Origin: Zootoca vivipara | Taxonomy: Eukaryota | Assembly: GCF_963506605.1 (NCBI RefSeq) | Contig: NC_083277.1 | Span: 78,554,001 to 78,618,000 of the forward strand | Reading direction: 5' to 3' | Length of the DNA: 64,000 nt | In this document: positions 63,599 to 64,000 of the stretch, one piece after another | How the letters are laid out: each line of letters begins with the position of its first letter | Numbering within the stretch: position 1 is the first letter of the stretch | Translations under genes and position numbers: made by a program | Notes under the pieces: model-generated | What the model saw: only the letters and a program-made list of their open reading frames with translations | Databases searched by the model: none | Told to the model about the DNA's origin: nothing

Positions 63599-64000
63599 TG
63601 TGAGTAGGGATAGGGCAGGGCCAAGGACTTAAGTCTAGCTGTCTGGCTGGACGCAGAGGCGTGGAATGATGCACAAGCTAGGGAACCCCTAAGAGAAGCC
63701 CCGGAGAAGAAGGCTAAGAGTTAGGGGATTGGTGGTGGGATGACAGTGCATGGTCAAAGGGAGAAGAGGGAGCAGACTGAGAGGAGGTGGTGTCGGAAGC
63801 TGAAGACAAAACAGGGTTTGGGCAAGCCAGAAGAGTCTGTGGCAGAGAGCAGTCAGGCTGCTGAAGAAGTCAGTGGGTCTCTCCCTCCTGCTGAGACCAG
63901 CTCCTTTCCCCCCTGTCTCCCAGGATCAGAAGTGGTATGAAGAGGGCAAAGCAGAGACTGACCCATCAACAGAGTCTCAGGTTGCTTGGTAAGGATCTGG
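63599..64000. mobile_element. Possible LTR (Gypsy-like) running off the window edge
   Basis: Begins with TG where the SINE breaks off, and has a purine-rich body like lizard solo LTRs. The other end is not visible. Confidence 0.35.

Noticed and set aside
30268-64000. TENM2 transmembrane-domain exon (expected CSWKC...LLAYFI) upstream of the stalk exon
   Set aside because: Not found by eye on the minus strand; presumably beyond the window, making this intron >33 kb. TBLASTN would confirm.

Overview
Vertebrate genomic DNA, almost certainly a squamate lizard. The Sauria SINE, BovB and Squam-like SINE content suggests a lacertid, but that is an inference. The whole window lies inside the teneurin-2 gene (TENM2) on the minus strand. 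Four coding exons can be read with canonical AG/GT boundaries and matching phases: 30145-30267, 15744-15949, 7520-7715 and 3382-3483. They encode the juxtamembrane stalk, the Ig-like region with the RERR furin site, and EGF repeat 1. The transmembrane exon and the EGF2+ exons were not found in the window. The rest is intron, densely filled with transposable elements, many nested and with readable target-site duplications (TSDs). These include a full-length DD34E Tc1 with two hAT insertions, hAT, Tigger-like and Harbinger-like MITEs, CR1, L2, L1, three RTE-clade LINE types, Sauria SINEs, a Penelope-like hairpin and a DIRS/Ngaro gag fragment. I found no convincing new protein-coding system. The best leads are an ORF-less 835-bp non-autonomous RTE partner element with a TSD, a promoter-bearing DIRS fragment antisense to TENM2, possible splice features of TENM2, and several elements of families known for horizontal transfer. 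TE family names and orthologue comparisons are from memory and were not checked by any search.
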